Virus record (IMG/VR): IMGVR_UViG_3300005782_000011
Coordinates: 1 to 36,456 of that record
Source of the DNA: a virus
Taxonomy: Duplodnaviria > Caudoviricetes
DNA length: 36,456 nucleotides
Direction: 5' to 3' (one strand)
Part shown: positions 29,101-36,456 of the stretch, piece after piece
Numbering within the stretch: the first letter of the stretch is position 1
How the letters are laid out: the number at the start of each line of letters is the position of its first letter
Position numbers and translations under genes: made by a program
The notes under the pieces: model-generated
Databases searched by the model: none
What the model was told of the DNA's origin: nothing
What the model saw: only the letters and a program-made list of their open reading frames with translations

Positions 29101-31425
29101 CTTGATATTAATACAGATTATTTACAGGCAGAACATGAAGTTATGGCGCAGATGCTTTATGATATGGAGGTTGCCAAAACAATAAAGGCCGTAGATGAAA
29201 ACTATAATATAAAAGACAGATTGAAAAAAGAAGCATTAGAACAATCACAGGGATATGAAAAAGCGAAGCCAGGTACTCAATTAGAATATCAGAGCATAAC
29301 CTGGGAAGATATAATACCGGAGGGCTATGTTGAATGGCAGCCGCGGGAGGGGAATGTTTTTTATATGGCCGATGCCATTCCCGCCGTGCTTGCCAAGCGA
29401 TTAACGGAAGGTGCGATTGAACGGCTTGGTATAAGCAAAGATGATATAAATAAGGCATTAGTTCTTGGCGGGAAAAGGCGTTCTTTTGTAATAAGAGAAG
29501 AAATTGCCGAAACTCTTGATGGGCTAACAAAAGAAAAAAGTGCAAGCGCAATCGGCGATTTCGACAAAAAAGTTCTACGCTACTGGAAGGTCTGGCAACT
29601 TATAAGTCCGCGAAGGTTTTTTAAATATAATTTAAGAAATCTTACTGGTGATTCGGACGCTGTTTTTTGTGGCAACCCGGCTGTTTTTAAAAGGATTCCA
29701 CAGGCATGTCGTGAATTGATTTCGGCTTATAACCCAAAAGAAAAATTGTCTGGAAATGTAAAAGATTGGTTTGAGCGTGGCGGCACGATAACAACCATGC
29801 AAGCACAGGAAATGGGCGAATTGAATAGACTTTCTGCCTTTATAGATAAATACGAGAAAAAAGGCATAACGGATATACCGACTAAGATTTGGCATAAATA
29901 CTGGAAAACCGCACGACTGACAACAGATTTTCGGGAATCCATACTCAGGTATGCAGCCTATCTTGATTATCTGGAAAAGATTGAAAAGGGCGTAGGGAAA
30001 AAACTAAAAAATTACGGCGCTTCCATACCTAAAGAAATAGATGGATTAAAAGACCCCAAAGACAAAGCTTTCTGGCTTTCAAACGATTTGCTGGGAGCTT
30101 ATGACCGCGTAGGTGTTCTCGGTCAACATATAAGAGAACATATTTTTCCTTTCTGGTCTTGGAAAGAAGTAAATACCAAAAGATATGTTCGGATGTTCAG
30201 AAATGCCGCAAGTAATGGAGAATTCGCAACTGCGGTTGGTAGAAAACTCGCAGGAACGGCTGTTAGATCCCCCTATATGCTCTGGCGTATTGGCAAATTC
30301 GCTATAATGGCTTCAGGCTTTTTTGCTGTTGCTCAAATTTGGAATAATCTCATATTCCCAGACGAAGAAGATGACCTGCCAGAAGACACCCGCAATAAAC
30401 CCCATATAGTATTCGGCAGAGATTCAGAAGGAAACGTTCTTTATTTCTCACGCATTGGCGCATTGGGCGATTTGCTTGAATGGCTGAATCTTGATGCTTC
30501 TCCATATTATGTCAATGAGATGTTTAAAGGCAAAATGTCAATTAAGGATGTAGCGAAAGACATGGCGAAAGCGCCCATAAATATTTTAACTCAAGGCGCA
30601 TTTCCGTTTATAAAGCTTGCTGGTGAACTCGCTACCCGCAGAGCATTGTTCCCAGATATATTTAAACCCGGAACAGTAAGAGACAGAGGGTTCCATATAG
30701 CTCGCTCATTTGGGCTTGAAAATGAATATATTGCCCTGAGAAAACTTCCTTCCCGCGGTTATGAAGAAACAAAAGGCAAATTCTTTTATTATAAAACAAA
30801 TCCACTTGAATCGGCATATTGGAACATTCAAGACGAAAAGAGAAGATTCCTTTCAAAAAAGGGTGAAACTTACACGGGTTTCTGGATAACGCCTCGCGGC
30901 AATGCGCTTTATAATCTAAAACTCGCTTTCAAGATGGGAGACAGGGAAGCGGTTGATAAATACCTTGAAGCCTATGCGCTTCTTGGCGGAACCGGGGAAG
31001 GATTTACGCGATCCACAAATGCAATGGAACCTATGAATGGTTTAAAAGATGCTTATGAAACAGAATTTTTAAAATCCCTTGATGAAGAGGATAAAGAACA
31101 ACTTAAAAAAGCCACAGGATTTTATAATGAGTTTTTAACAAAAATTAAAACTTACGAACCAAGTCCGGAATTGATAAAAAGACTTGGAAGAGCAAAGACT
31201 GCGGAATTTACCGGTGCAATCCACCGGGAAAGCATTCTTGATGAATGGGAATCCTATTACGCATTGCCGAAGAATGCGCGGTCAACAGAAAAGATTGAGG
31301 AACTGCGCGAGGCGTATAGAGAATACAATAAAAAGGCCAAGGATACCGGCCAAAAACTAATCACAAGACAACTCCTGAGAAACGCCTCCCGACGAGGTCA
31401 GGAGAGCCGGAGAAAGGCGGGGTAA
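23125..31425 (+). CDS. Large polyvalent ejection protein (ParB-like, zincin HExxH, ADP-ribosyltransferase-like domains)
   Basis: VVNGHHRL (~26275-26298), HEITH (27361-27375), FKKWFGDSKVVD...VVYHST...GYDGI...FEPTQIKS (~27780-28150); Pro/Glu/Lys-rich linkers; helical C-terminal region. Confidence 0.85.
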   Translation: MSRNKLRSIFNSVGQDYNLRNFYAFQRAMAQPEKRKTFYETVSHDYDLGEFEQFDSLVASSLPETAVLERPEVEPPVEIQPQPAPTAEEKPVITAPPAAVKPAEKAPQKFPTAVRAFDIGAQHFIPETEKVEPEKPEFELPTISEAPEESLIKKILGQWEPTSTEKIAHAQNVYQIAKQYNLPISKVRHQIKLADRKGGMDSAVNSFFTSAIAFGMATHAPATLAGIGAFMAIKELVNAGVSIYKDEKYQALAGKGFSDLPSEESSHVLKKTIEAAELIGTISLMGAGIKMGKPTFEKFTKDIVVDNKAPQYLYIEPEQVKAATGEGKFVRNLDRPGVIARIKLLEWLGITGDKAKLAEENGVAVPVESVTWMVDKPWFHEIKNSFRLMPAKKAKLVDYKLKPVEGTPTSDIGEVGLAPELPAGLPEKPSAIPAKPVPVSEGRPAQPFTAQLAPEEVEKYERVRENIRALSEEQFTELHEANTEEAQEDPDNRDYQLIEQAFAEEAEARAAIPKTKLGKMMAAITDAGPGIEETPGVPMEAPEATKAEKPVEGAPEGEKIAEKPPEEFVEAKEEVMPGVPATEKDHPVVKSWLEQGWGVRSARNADEGKALLKAGYTQSVSIGGLYYKKPPVSPKVEKAEEKPISALAVEERRKAELTETEKKFAGALKKEEELEKEIKGEKQIVHKRYEKKTGTKDRWLVIDKAGKYLAGFNSQIEAENFIKQPPAKEIEDKETFIEESIKKEAQERLIEEGEMEKEIKVRKLRLEDIEDALYDAGWGITGASEKSEALYFEHERVYKRLRLANHSPVYVESLDAINISTFEPFGDADYDLNNVPSSELRKYIRNLTAKEIRSARKPVKPEAPVKPPEAAEGKKAKTEAGMRPEPKVLKESAPQPAKKAEEEAVPAVPVAPKVEKAEVAAEKPEVEELTAEKRAIIGTHVAELGSIEKVAEYYPGKGKPDTFARERAEELFGEEAAPKKEAAQEAFLDESEFPVQRVSVKDIRVSPEDFQFKRDVDERGIQEGTEIKGEFRPLAAGNVLVWQAKDGTMFVVNGHHRLAKAQDEGLSYINAQIIKETDGYTKDQAKTLGALTNIEEGRGTSYDWVEFFKETDISETQSRKYGLEGQAFRFTEIAGNDLLASFRNRHITPEQAFTIAETAGKDEAVQAIGMRLIQTAKEKGQKLSPDDLANQIRANIFMKENAPELKAQRDLFGETHDAALELSENLAKITTKHQKELKEIILALRNVNKDNRLEIMKKTGLEFESVAEARKVLEKAKADLAKWQRWELDPDLRKIILSELNKQGTQKGLFEEAKPEAEEIQFITRPVTIAARPGMGLVRVERALAGIKDKFKIPIRVLGSVEDLEGRTREAAQNELKRGNVISGFYNPRANEIVILADGVRNSDELLKLIIPHEITHYGTKGMLGEKAYVGLLKDLQEDKAIGPEIRKLMKENGWKADYAASEWWAGNAEGVNFDSLKKPSLIQRVIFYLKKWLRKVFGAKRVKFSDAEIKDLLRQSYQYARREEGKRAVNEFAVELSYSLKEARTKITDNPNFKKWFGDSKVVDEKGKPLVVYHSTDAKEINVFDQAWNFARIIYFGFTPQAARQAARGKKNIIGVYLNVSNPYNTKETAIPWYEAEDHLFIADLKRKGYDGIYIKDESGISIAVFEPTQIKSIYNVGTFSPETADIRFRTQKLSDLRSQMDELTEALEKLPEIRSGLSTKNIRARMEQKIAELDERIREAELGMAVSFRTRPTTDRQARLLGLLEPTGGQPVERTGFKFLNPEVEERFSRAKGGAKDPYFVRIKANIKNLWNKMAREYEHLPKTEEFAQLRFDILKLTKQRGISSDKTLREIADIIKNLDKTDYDLFTRKVILDDFSAMLDEDPDVALPFGLTKDNFNGEYERLNSVVGKIKVINDSIEKRNKTWESVKADYIKSMRDIGFDVEDRLTRKNYFRHQVLDYIRLKNAVGGTGRKLKTPAYRGFLKGRKGSQLDINTDYLQAEHEVMAQMLYDMEVAKTIKAVDENYNIKDRLKKEALEQSQGYEKAKPGTQLEYQSITWEDIIPEGYVEWQPREGNVFYMADAIPAVLAKRLTEGAIERLGISKDDINKALVLGGKRRSFVIREEIAETLDGLTKEKSASAIGDFDKKVLRYWKVWQLISPRRFFKYNLRNLTGDSDAVFCGNPAVFKRIPQACRELISAYNPKEKLSGNVKDWFERGGTITTMQAQEMGELNRLSAFIDKYEKKGITDIPTKIWHKYWKTARLTTDFRESILRYAAYLDYLEKIEKGVGKKLKNYGASIPKEIDGLKDPKDKAFWLSNDLLGAYDRVGVLGQHIREHIFPFWSWKEVNTKRYVRMFRNAASNGEFATAVGRKLAGTAVRSPYMLWRIGKFAIMASGFFAVAQIWNNLIFPDEEDDLPEDTRNKPHIVFGRDSEGNVLYFSRIGALGDLLEWLNLDASPYYVNEMFKGKMSIKDVAKDMAKAPINILTQGAFPFIKLAGELATRRALFPDIFKPGTVRDRGFHIARSFGLENEYIALRKLPSRGYEETKGKFFYYKTNPLESAYWNIQDEKRRFLSKKGETYTGFWITPRGNALYNLKLAFKMGDREAVDKYLEAYALLGGTGEGFTRSTNAMEPMNGLKDAYETEFLKSLDEEDKEQLKKATGFYNEFLTKIKTYEPSPELIKRLGRAKTAEFTGAIHRESILDEWESYYALPKNARSTEKIEELREAYREYNKKAKDTGQKLITRQLLRNASRRGQESRRKAG

Positions 31426-31429
31426 GTCG

Positions 31430-31957
31430 ATGGCACTATTAACCGATCTGATACCTTTCAGCATGGATGATAACGAGCGCGGAGAGGTAGTTTCCCGCAA
31501 TCTCTCATACCTGAGTGCTGAGTTGTCGGCGGATGGGGAGGAGATCGCGCTCAAGGACGGCACGGCGGAGTCGATATTCGGCGCAAATGACGTGATAATA
31601 GATGCGGAGGATGTTCTTGTCGGCTCCGGTAATGCGATAACTCGCGAGCAAAATGGGACTACCGGAGCAATACACAAGCTCGGTGCGATGGTGCGGCTCA
31701 AGGGAGGGACTGAGGTTGCCACCTTCACCTTTACCGGTAGCGAAACCGTTACCGGTATCCGCATGGGAGCAAACGTTCCCGGGATGTGGCAGATTAAAAT
31801 CAATGATGATTGGGGGCCGCCGTTTTTCACCGGTGGACTCGGCCAAGAAGTGTTTTTCCCATTCTCCGGCATACAGCCAGCAGAAAACGATGAGGTTGTT
31901 GTTGTGGCCTGGACCAACGAACTGAGCGGCAATTTCTGGGCCTGGACTCACCGATAA
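31430..31957 (+). CDS. Virion structural protein
   Basis: LSAELSAD...IIDAEDV...ITREQNGTTGAIH resembles the domain in 17244-17885. Confidence 0.6.
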   Translation: MALLTDLIPFSMDDNERGEVVSRNLSYLSAELSADGEEIALKDGTAESIFGANDVIIDAEDVLVGSGNAITREQNGTTGAIHKLGAMVRLKGGTEVATFTFTGSETVTGIRMGANVPGMWQIKINDDWGPPFFTGGLGQEVFFPFSGIQPAENDEVVVVAWTNELSGNFWAWTHR

Positions 31958-31968
31958 AAGGATGTGCA

Positions 31969-32601
31969 ATGGGGGGAAAAGAAATGAAACGGATAAAAGA
32001 CATGGTTGGGCAAAGGTATGGACGCTGGACGGTACTCGAAAAGGCCGGGAGAGACAAGCACAAAAATATTTTGTGGTTGTGCCGGTGCGAGTGCGGCCAG
32101 GAGCGGGTTGTTTGGGGCGGCAGTCTCCGCAGGGGCAGCTCTAAGGGATGTAGAAGTTGCGCAGCGCGAGAAAGAACCACGACACACGGAGAGTCTGGAA
32201 CGAGGCTTTATGATGTCTGGTATAGCATGCGTTATCGGTGTGGCAATAAAAATGCCTCTCGTTATAAAAATTATGGTGGCCGTGGAATTAAAGTTTGTCC
32301 GGAGTGGCGAAAGGATTTTGTGGTATTTATGGATTGGGCTTTGAACAATGGTTACAAAAAAGGCTTATCTATTGACCGAATTGACAATGACGGAAATTAC
32401 GAACCGAGCAACTGTAGGTGGGCGACCGTGAAACAGCAAAATCGGAACGCGCGGTTCAATCGCCATATCGCTATCAACGGCGTTACCAAATCGCTCTGTG
32501 AATGGGCCGAAGTTGCGGGGATCAGCCGTAAAACGCTACAGTGGCGAGTCAATAATGGCTGGCACCCAGGGTGTCTGCTCAACAAGCCAAAGGCGGCGTA
32601 A
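31969..32601 (+). CDS. Free-standing HNH homing endonuclease
   Basis: GQRYGRWTV, WLCRCECG, YGGRGIKVCPEW, SIDRIDNDGNYEPSNCRWAT; alternative start 31984. Confidence 0.9.
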   Translation: MGGKEMKRIKDMVGQRYGRWTVLEKAGRDKHKNILWLCRCECGQERVVWGGSLRRGSSKGCRSCAARERTTTHGESGTRLYDVWYSMRYRCGNKNASRYKNYGGRGIKVCPEWRKDFVVFMDWALNNGYKKGLSIDRIDNDGNYEPSNCRWATVKQQNRNARFNRHIAINGVTKSLCEWAEVAGISRKTLQWRVNNGWHPGCLLNKPKAA

Positions 32602-32852
32602 TGAGCTACCAACCCGTCCCCTGGATGGTTTACCATCTGTATTTTATAGGCACAAAGATAATCCCGCGGACGAATACGGGCCAGGGCCGGTTTAATATCA
32701 CCGCTGGAAAGACGAATACGGCTCAGAGCCGGTTTAATATCACCGTCGGGCAGATGAATGCAGGTCAGGCATTATTCAATATTTACACAGAACGGACTCA
32801 TACAGGCCAGACGCGCTTCGTGATCCGTGAAAGCCTTAAAGTTACCAACTAA
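32601..32852 (+). CDS. 83-aa protein with four 14-aa repeats
   Basis: TAATG coupling; RTNTGQGRFNITAG/KTNTAQSRFNITVG/QMNAGQALFNIYTE/RTHTGQTRFVIRES. Confidence 0.65.
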   Translation: MSYQPVPWMVYHLYFIGTKIIPRTNTGQGRFNITAGKTNTAQSRFNITVGQMNAGQALFNIYTERTHTGQTRFVIRESLKVTN

Positions 32853-32861
32853 GGAGATAAT

Positions 32862-33323
32862 ATGTTAAAGCGACTAATACCGATTATGCTTCTGATGCTC
32901 CTGATCGTACAGTCGGCGCGAGCACAGTTCCCGCCCGACTTGCTACCGCCGAGCAGGGAGGAACTTGGCGACAGTCTGATTGCACACCAAACGTTGACCG
33001 GACTAACCGGCACTGTGGCGGCTGGGCTGGTGGCCTGCGTGGATTCTACTGGTGCACTTTCAATAGCTTCCTATGATGATTCTCATCTCAACCGCAAGAT
33101 GATAGGAATGGGAACCGGTACTGCGGGCGCTATGCGTACATCGGGCATAGTGGCCGCCGCGGAAGCTACCAAGATCGGGATTATCTATTGGCTGGATGTG
33201 AGCGGTACTCTCAAGGATACACGGCCAACTGCGACAAACGTATGGAGGGTTGCAATAGGAAGATGCGTTGCCTCGGGCTATCTCGATCTTAAACCTGCTA
33301 CGCCTATAGCGAGGATACCCTGA
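32862..33323 (+). CDS. Signal-peptide protein with cement/decoration-like (DUF2190-like) domain
   Basis: AAGGAGA SD; MLKRLIPIMLLMLLIVQSARA|Q; VAAGLVACV...IYWLDVSGTLKDTRP...AIGRC pattern. Confidence 0.7.
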   Translation: MLKRLIPIMLLMLLIVQSARAQFPPDLLPPSREELGDSLIAHQTLTGLTGTVAAGLVACVDSTGALSIASYDDSHLNRKMIGMGTGTAGAMRTSGIVAAAEATKIGIIYWLDVSGTLKDTRPTATNVWRVAIGRCVASGYLDLKPATPIARIP

Positions 33324-36300
33324 TGATTAAAAATTTGATAACCGCCTTGCTGTTATTTGCTACAGGAAATCTGTTTGCACAAAATACAGATCCGGTTTCT
33401 ACAACTTTCTTAGTGGTAGATTCCTCGGGTAATGTAATAGCAGAGTTGCCAGTAACCACGGTGCAGAGCTGGATTGGCGATACTTCAGCAGCAAAACTCG
33501 ATACGAGCGCTGTTGCGGCGGGTGATAATGTTACAGTAGATTGGGACGGTTCAAGCCTGACGATAGCCTCGTCTGGCGGAGGCGGCAACTGGAATCCTGC
33601 CGATTCCACGCTTTCGCTTGACCTGCCATATTATTCCAACAGGAACATAATGCACGAATGGGGCATTGATGTGTATCCATTAGTTGGTAATTTCAGTGCT
33701 GGAGAGCCTGGAGACAGCACAACTAACAAATTAACTGATAACCAGTCTATCGGTGTTTATGCTCCAGCCAGCGGTACTGATGACGGAATAGTGTTCCCCT
33801 GCCCTGATACGAATTGGACGAAAACGGCAGACGGCGACACCATAATACCGGCTGATTGGTATTTCAATGTTGCTGTGAGATTGGACAGTGCGTCCCAGGC
33901 CAGATTGCCTGAAAATGGACTGATATTTGTGGTCGGCTCAAACGGCAATAGCTACAAAACGAATGTAGCGAGAGCCAGTTTTTCTGAGGGCTGGAATTTT
34001 GTCAAGATAACTTTATCCACTTTTACTACAAATGCAGGATCACCGAGCTGGGCGAATATTGATTCTCTCTGGATTTATACCAACGGTACGCAGAGCGGGG
34101 ATGGTGCTTTGATATTCCTTGTTGAGAACGTTCAGCTTGTTCGGGGGATAGACGGCGGGCCGAATGCGTTCCAGAGCGAGGAGCCGAATGGAACATGGAC
34201 GGCGGATTGGACGCAGGAAGGGAATGGGAATGTCTGGCTTGTGGAAGAGTCAGGAAAATTAAGTATAACGGAGCCTGATTATGTAGGGCAAAGTTCCTAT
34301 TTAGCTTCAGCCAATACATTCACCAATTTTGAAGCCTCTGGAGCAATCAATGATCCAGCAACAGATAGGGCAAGATTACTTCAGGCAGGCGGAAACCAGA
34401 CTCAATTTGATTTATGGGATCAAACTATAAGGTTATCTGGTAATGGGGGATCGAGTTACAAATCCAGCACTTTTGTTTGCGCTGCTGGCGGAGGGGAGCG
34501 TATCTACTGGAAGCTAATCCAGAACGGAACATCTATAAGCGGTGCGGCCAGTCTTGATGGTATAGACTGGACATGGGTGTCTAACGTAACCACTACTGAA
34601 AGTGGCAAATTGCGGTTGTATGGAATTTATTATCAAAGAATAGAATCTCTTGGCCTCTCTACCGTTAAATATGCTGCCGAGGCTGGCGTGGCACAGAGGC
34701 TTGAGGGTATAGGTGGTGCTGAACAGATATTAGATACTTTAGCATCTAAGCTCGATACGAATGCTGTTGCAGGAGGAACAGATATTGATGTGGCATGGGA
34801 TGGAAGCGAATTAACGATTACATACGAGGGGACAGGAGGGGATGCAGGCAAGCTCGATACGAGTGATGTTGCAGCGGGTGATAATATAACGGTAGATTGG
34901 GACGGCACGGATTTGACAATAGCCGCGTCTGGCATTAGTGGATTAGACACATCAAATGTAGTTGGACTTATTGACGATACAAGTGGTGTGCTAAGAACAT
35001 TTATACAGGAGGCCATTGAGGATTCTCTTGCAGAACACAAGGCGGCGCTTGATTCTATCAATACGAATGTTAGCGACAACGTTGCAAGAATTGACTCACT
35101 CTCCGGTGTGGCTCCTGATACCACTGAGTTCAAAATAGCGGAATCGAGCGTGGACTCATTGCGTGGCGTAGCTCCTGATACAACCGAGTTCAAGGCCGAG
35201 CAAACGAATATAGACAACTTGGAGGCTAAAGCTGATTCTCTCTCTGGGGCTTCTCCTGATACCGCTGATTTTAAAACAGAACAAGCTCGGATTGATTCAC
35301 TCTCTGGCGTAGCTCCTGATACCACTGATTTTAAGGCTGAACAGACAAATATTGATAACCTTGAAGCGGCTGCCGACTCGATTAATACCAATGTGAGTGA
35401 TAATGCTACGGCCATAGATGCTCTGCCTACGGTTGCTGAGACCGCCGACCTTGTAGAAGATTCTCTTGCAGAGCACAAGGCCGCACTGGATTCAATTAAT
35501 ACGAACGTGAACGACAATGTTACGGACATCACAAATCTTGAAAATGCTGCCGATTCAATCAACACGAACGTTAGCGACAACGTTGCTCGGACTGATTCCC
35601 TTTCTGGTGTGGCACCAGATACTACGGAGTTTAAAGTAGTAGAGTCAAGTGTAGATTCATTGCGCGGTATCTCACCTGATACGACCGAATTCAAGGCTGA
35701 GCAGACGAATATAGACAACCTGGAAGATGCCGTTGACTCGATTAATACAAACGTGTCTGATAATGCAACTGCTATCTCCACCAATGCCACTGATGTTGAT
35801 GATCTTGAGACTGCGGCGGATTCAATCAATACCAATGTGAGTGATAACGCTGGTAATATTAGTACAAATATCGCCAACATAGACAATTTAGAGACTGCCG
35901 TCGACTCTATTAATGAGAATGTCGATCCGGCTGCCATTACAAATCTTGAAAATGCTGCCGATTCAATCAACACGAATGTTAGCGACAATGCAACCGCTAT
36001 CTCTACTAACGCAGATGATATTGGGAACTTAGAGACAGCAGCCGATTCAATCAACACGAACGTTAGCGACAACGTAACGGCCATAGATGCTCTGCCTACG
36101 GTTGCTGAGACCGCCGACCTTGTAGAAGATTCTCTTGCAGAACATAAAGCTGCCATAGACTCTATTAACACAAATATATCTGATAATGTGTCTGCTATTG
36201 ATGCTCTTCCGACCTTTGCTGAGACCGGTAGCCTCGTTAATGATTCTCTTGCCGCAGCCGACTCAATGCATAACAAAAAATTGATTGGTGTTTTAGCTGA

Positions 36301-36456
36301 TTCCACTTATTCTGGTCAGACAATCTCCCGCACTGCCGGTGAGAATCTAAAGTTTGGAAATGTGGTTTATATAAAAGCAGACGGAAAGGCATGGAAAAGT
36401 GATGCCGATGCTGCTGCGACTATGCGTGTAATGTATATGGCAGTAGAGACAATAGC
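33323..36456 (+). CDS. Long repeat fibre protein with Sec signal peptide (3'-truncated, >1040 aa)
   Basis: TGATG coupling; frame open to window end by manual translation; MIKNLITALLLFATGNLFA|Q; three KLDTxxVAxGxxxxVxWDGxxLTI repeats; repeat stalk; ends in TAGENLKFGNVVYIKADGKAWKSDAD. Missing from the ORF track because there is no stop. Confidence 0.85.
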   Translation, partial: MIKNLITALLLFATGNLFAQNTDPVSTTFLVVDSSGNVIAELPVTTVQSWIGDTSAAKLDTSAVAAGDNVTVDWDGSSLTIASSGGGGNWNPADSTLSLDLPYYSNRNIMHEWGIDVYPLVGNFSAGEPGDSTTNKLTDNQSIGVYAPASGTDDGIVFPCPDTNWTKTADGDTIIPADWYFNVAVRLDSASQARLPENGLIFVVGSNGNSYKTNVARASFSEGWNFVKITLSTFTTNAGSPSWANIDSLWIYTNGTQSGDGALIFLVENVQLVRGIDGGPNAFQSEEPNGTWTADWTQEGNGNVWLVEESGKLSITEPDYVGQSSYLASANTFTNFEASGAINDPATDRARLLQAGGNQTQFDLWDQTIRLSGNGGSSYKSSTFVCAAGGGERIYWKLIQNGTSISGAASLDGIDWTWVSNVTTTESGKLRLYGIYYQRIESLGLSTVKYAAEAGVAQRLEGIGGAEQILDTLASKLDTNAVAGGTDIDVAWDGSELTITYEGTGGDAGKLDTSDVAAGDNITVDWDGTDLTIAASGISGLDTSNVVGLIDDTSGVLRTFIQEAIEDSLAEHKAALDSINTNVSDNVARIDSLSGVAPDTTEFKIAESSVDSLRGVAPDTTEFKAEQTNIDNLEAKADSLSGASPDTADFKTEQARIDSLSGVAPDTTDFKAEQTNIDNLEAAADSINTNVSDNATAIDALPTVAETADLVEDSLAEHKAALDSINTNVNDNVTDITNLENAADSINTNVSDNVARTDSLSGVAPDTTEFKVVESSVDSLRGISPDTTEFKAEQTNIDNLEDAVDSINTNVSDNATAISTNATDVDDLETAADSINTNVSDNAGNISTNIANIDNLETAVDSINENVDPAAITNLENAADSINTNVSDNATAISTNADDIGNLETAADSINTNVSDNVTAIDALPTVAETADLVEDSLAEHKAAIDSINTNISDNVSAIDALPTFAETGSLVNDSLAAADSMHNKKLIGVLADSTYSGQTISRTAGENLKFGNVVYIKADGKAWKSDADAAATMRVMYMAVETI
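35015..36265 (+). repeat. Mosaic coding repeat array (fibre stalk)
   Basis: Recurring units DSINTNVSDN, DSL(S/R)GVAPDTTEFK and IDALPTVAETADLVEDSLAEHKAA with synonymous divergence between copies. Confidence 0.9.

Noticed and set aside
35015-36265. CRISPR array or DGR template/variable repeats
   Set aside because: Repeats are in frame, vary mainly at synonymous sites, have no unique spacers and no adenine-specific pattern; no cas or reverse transcriptase gene in the window.
34633-36306. 557-aa minus-strand ORF
   Set aside because: Antisense shadow of the repetitive + strand fibre gene, which has a coupled start and signal peptide.
1-36456. Stop-codon reassignment or programmed frameshift
   Set aside because: Core genes are full length in the standard code and all three stops are used at gene ends.

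Overview
The window holds the packaging, head, tail and ejection-protein region of a P22-like (podovirus-type) phage or prophage, almost all on the + strand. In order: a small leftward accessory operon, a Mor-like HTH gene, TerS, TerL, a stand-alone RNA polymerase alpha-CTD, portal, scaffold, major capsid, decoration and adaptor proteins, tail proteins, two ejection proteins, a 2766-aa polyvalent protein, an HNH endonuclease and a >1040-aa repeat fibre that runs off the right edge. No integrase, endolysin, tRNA or CRISPR is visible. Two signals stand out. (1) Four late-operon proteins, including the fibre, carry Sec signal peptides cleaved before Gln and are enriched in the D-[S/T]-[A/I/L/M/T/V] O-glycosylation sequon known from Bacteroidota, suggesting exported, host-glycosylated virion parts. 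(2) A structured RNA element (GUAAGAG-loop hairpin overlapping an intrinsic terminator, with compensatory changes) occurs twice, in front of the head block and the tail block. All family assignments are by eye and need HMM or structure confirmation.
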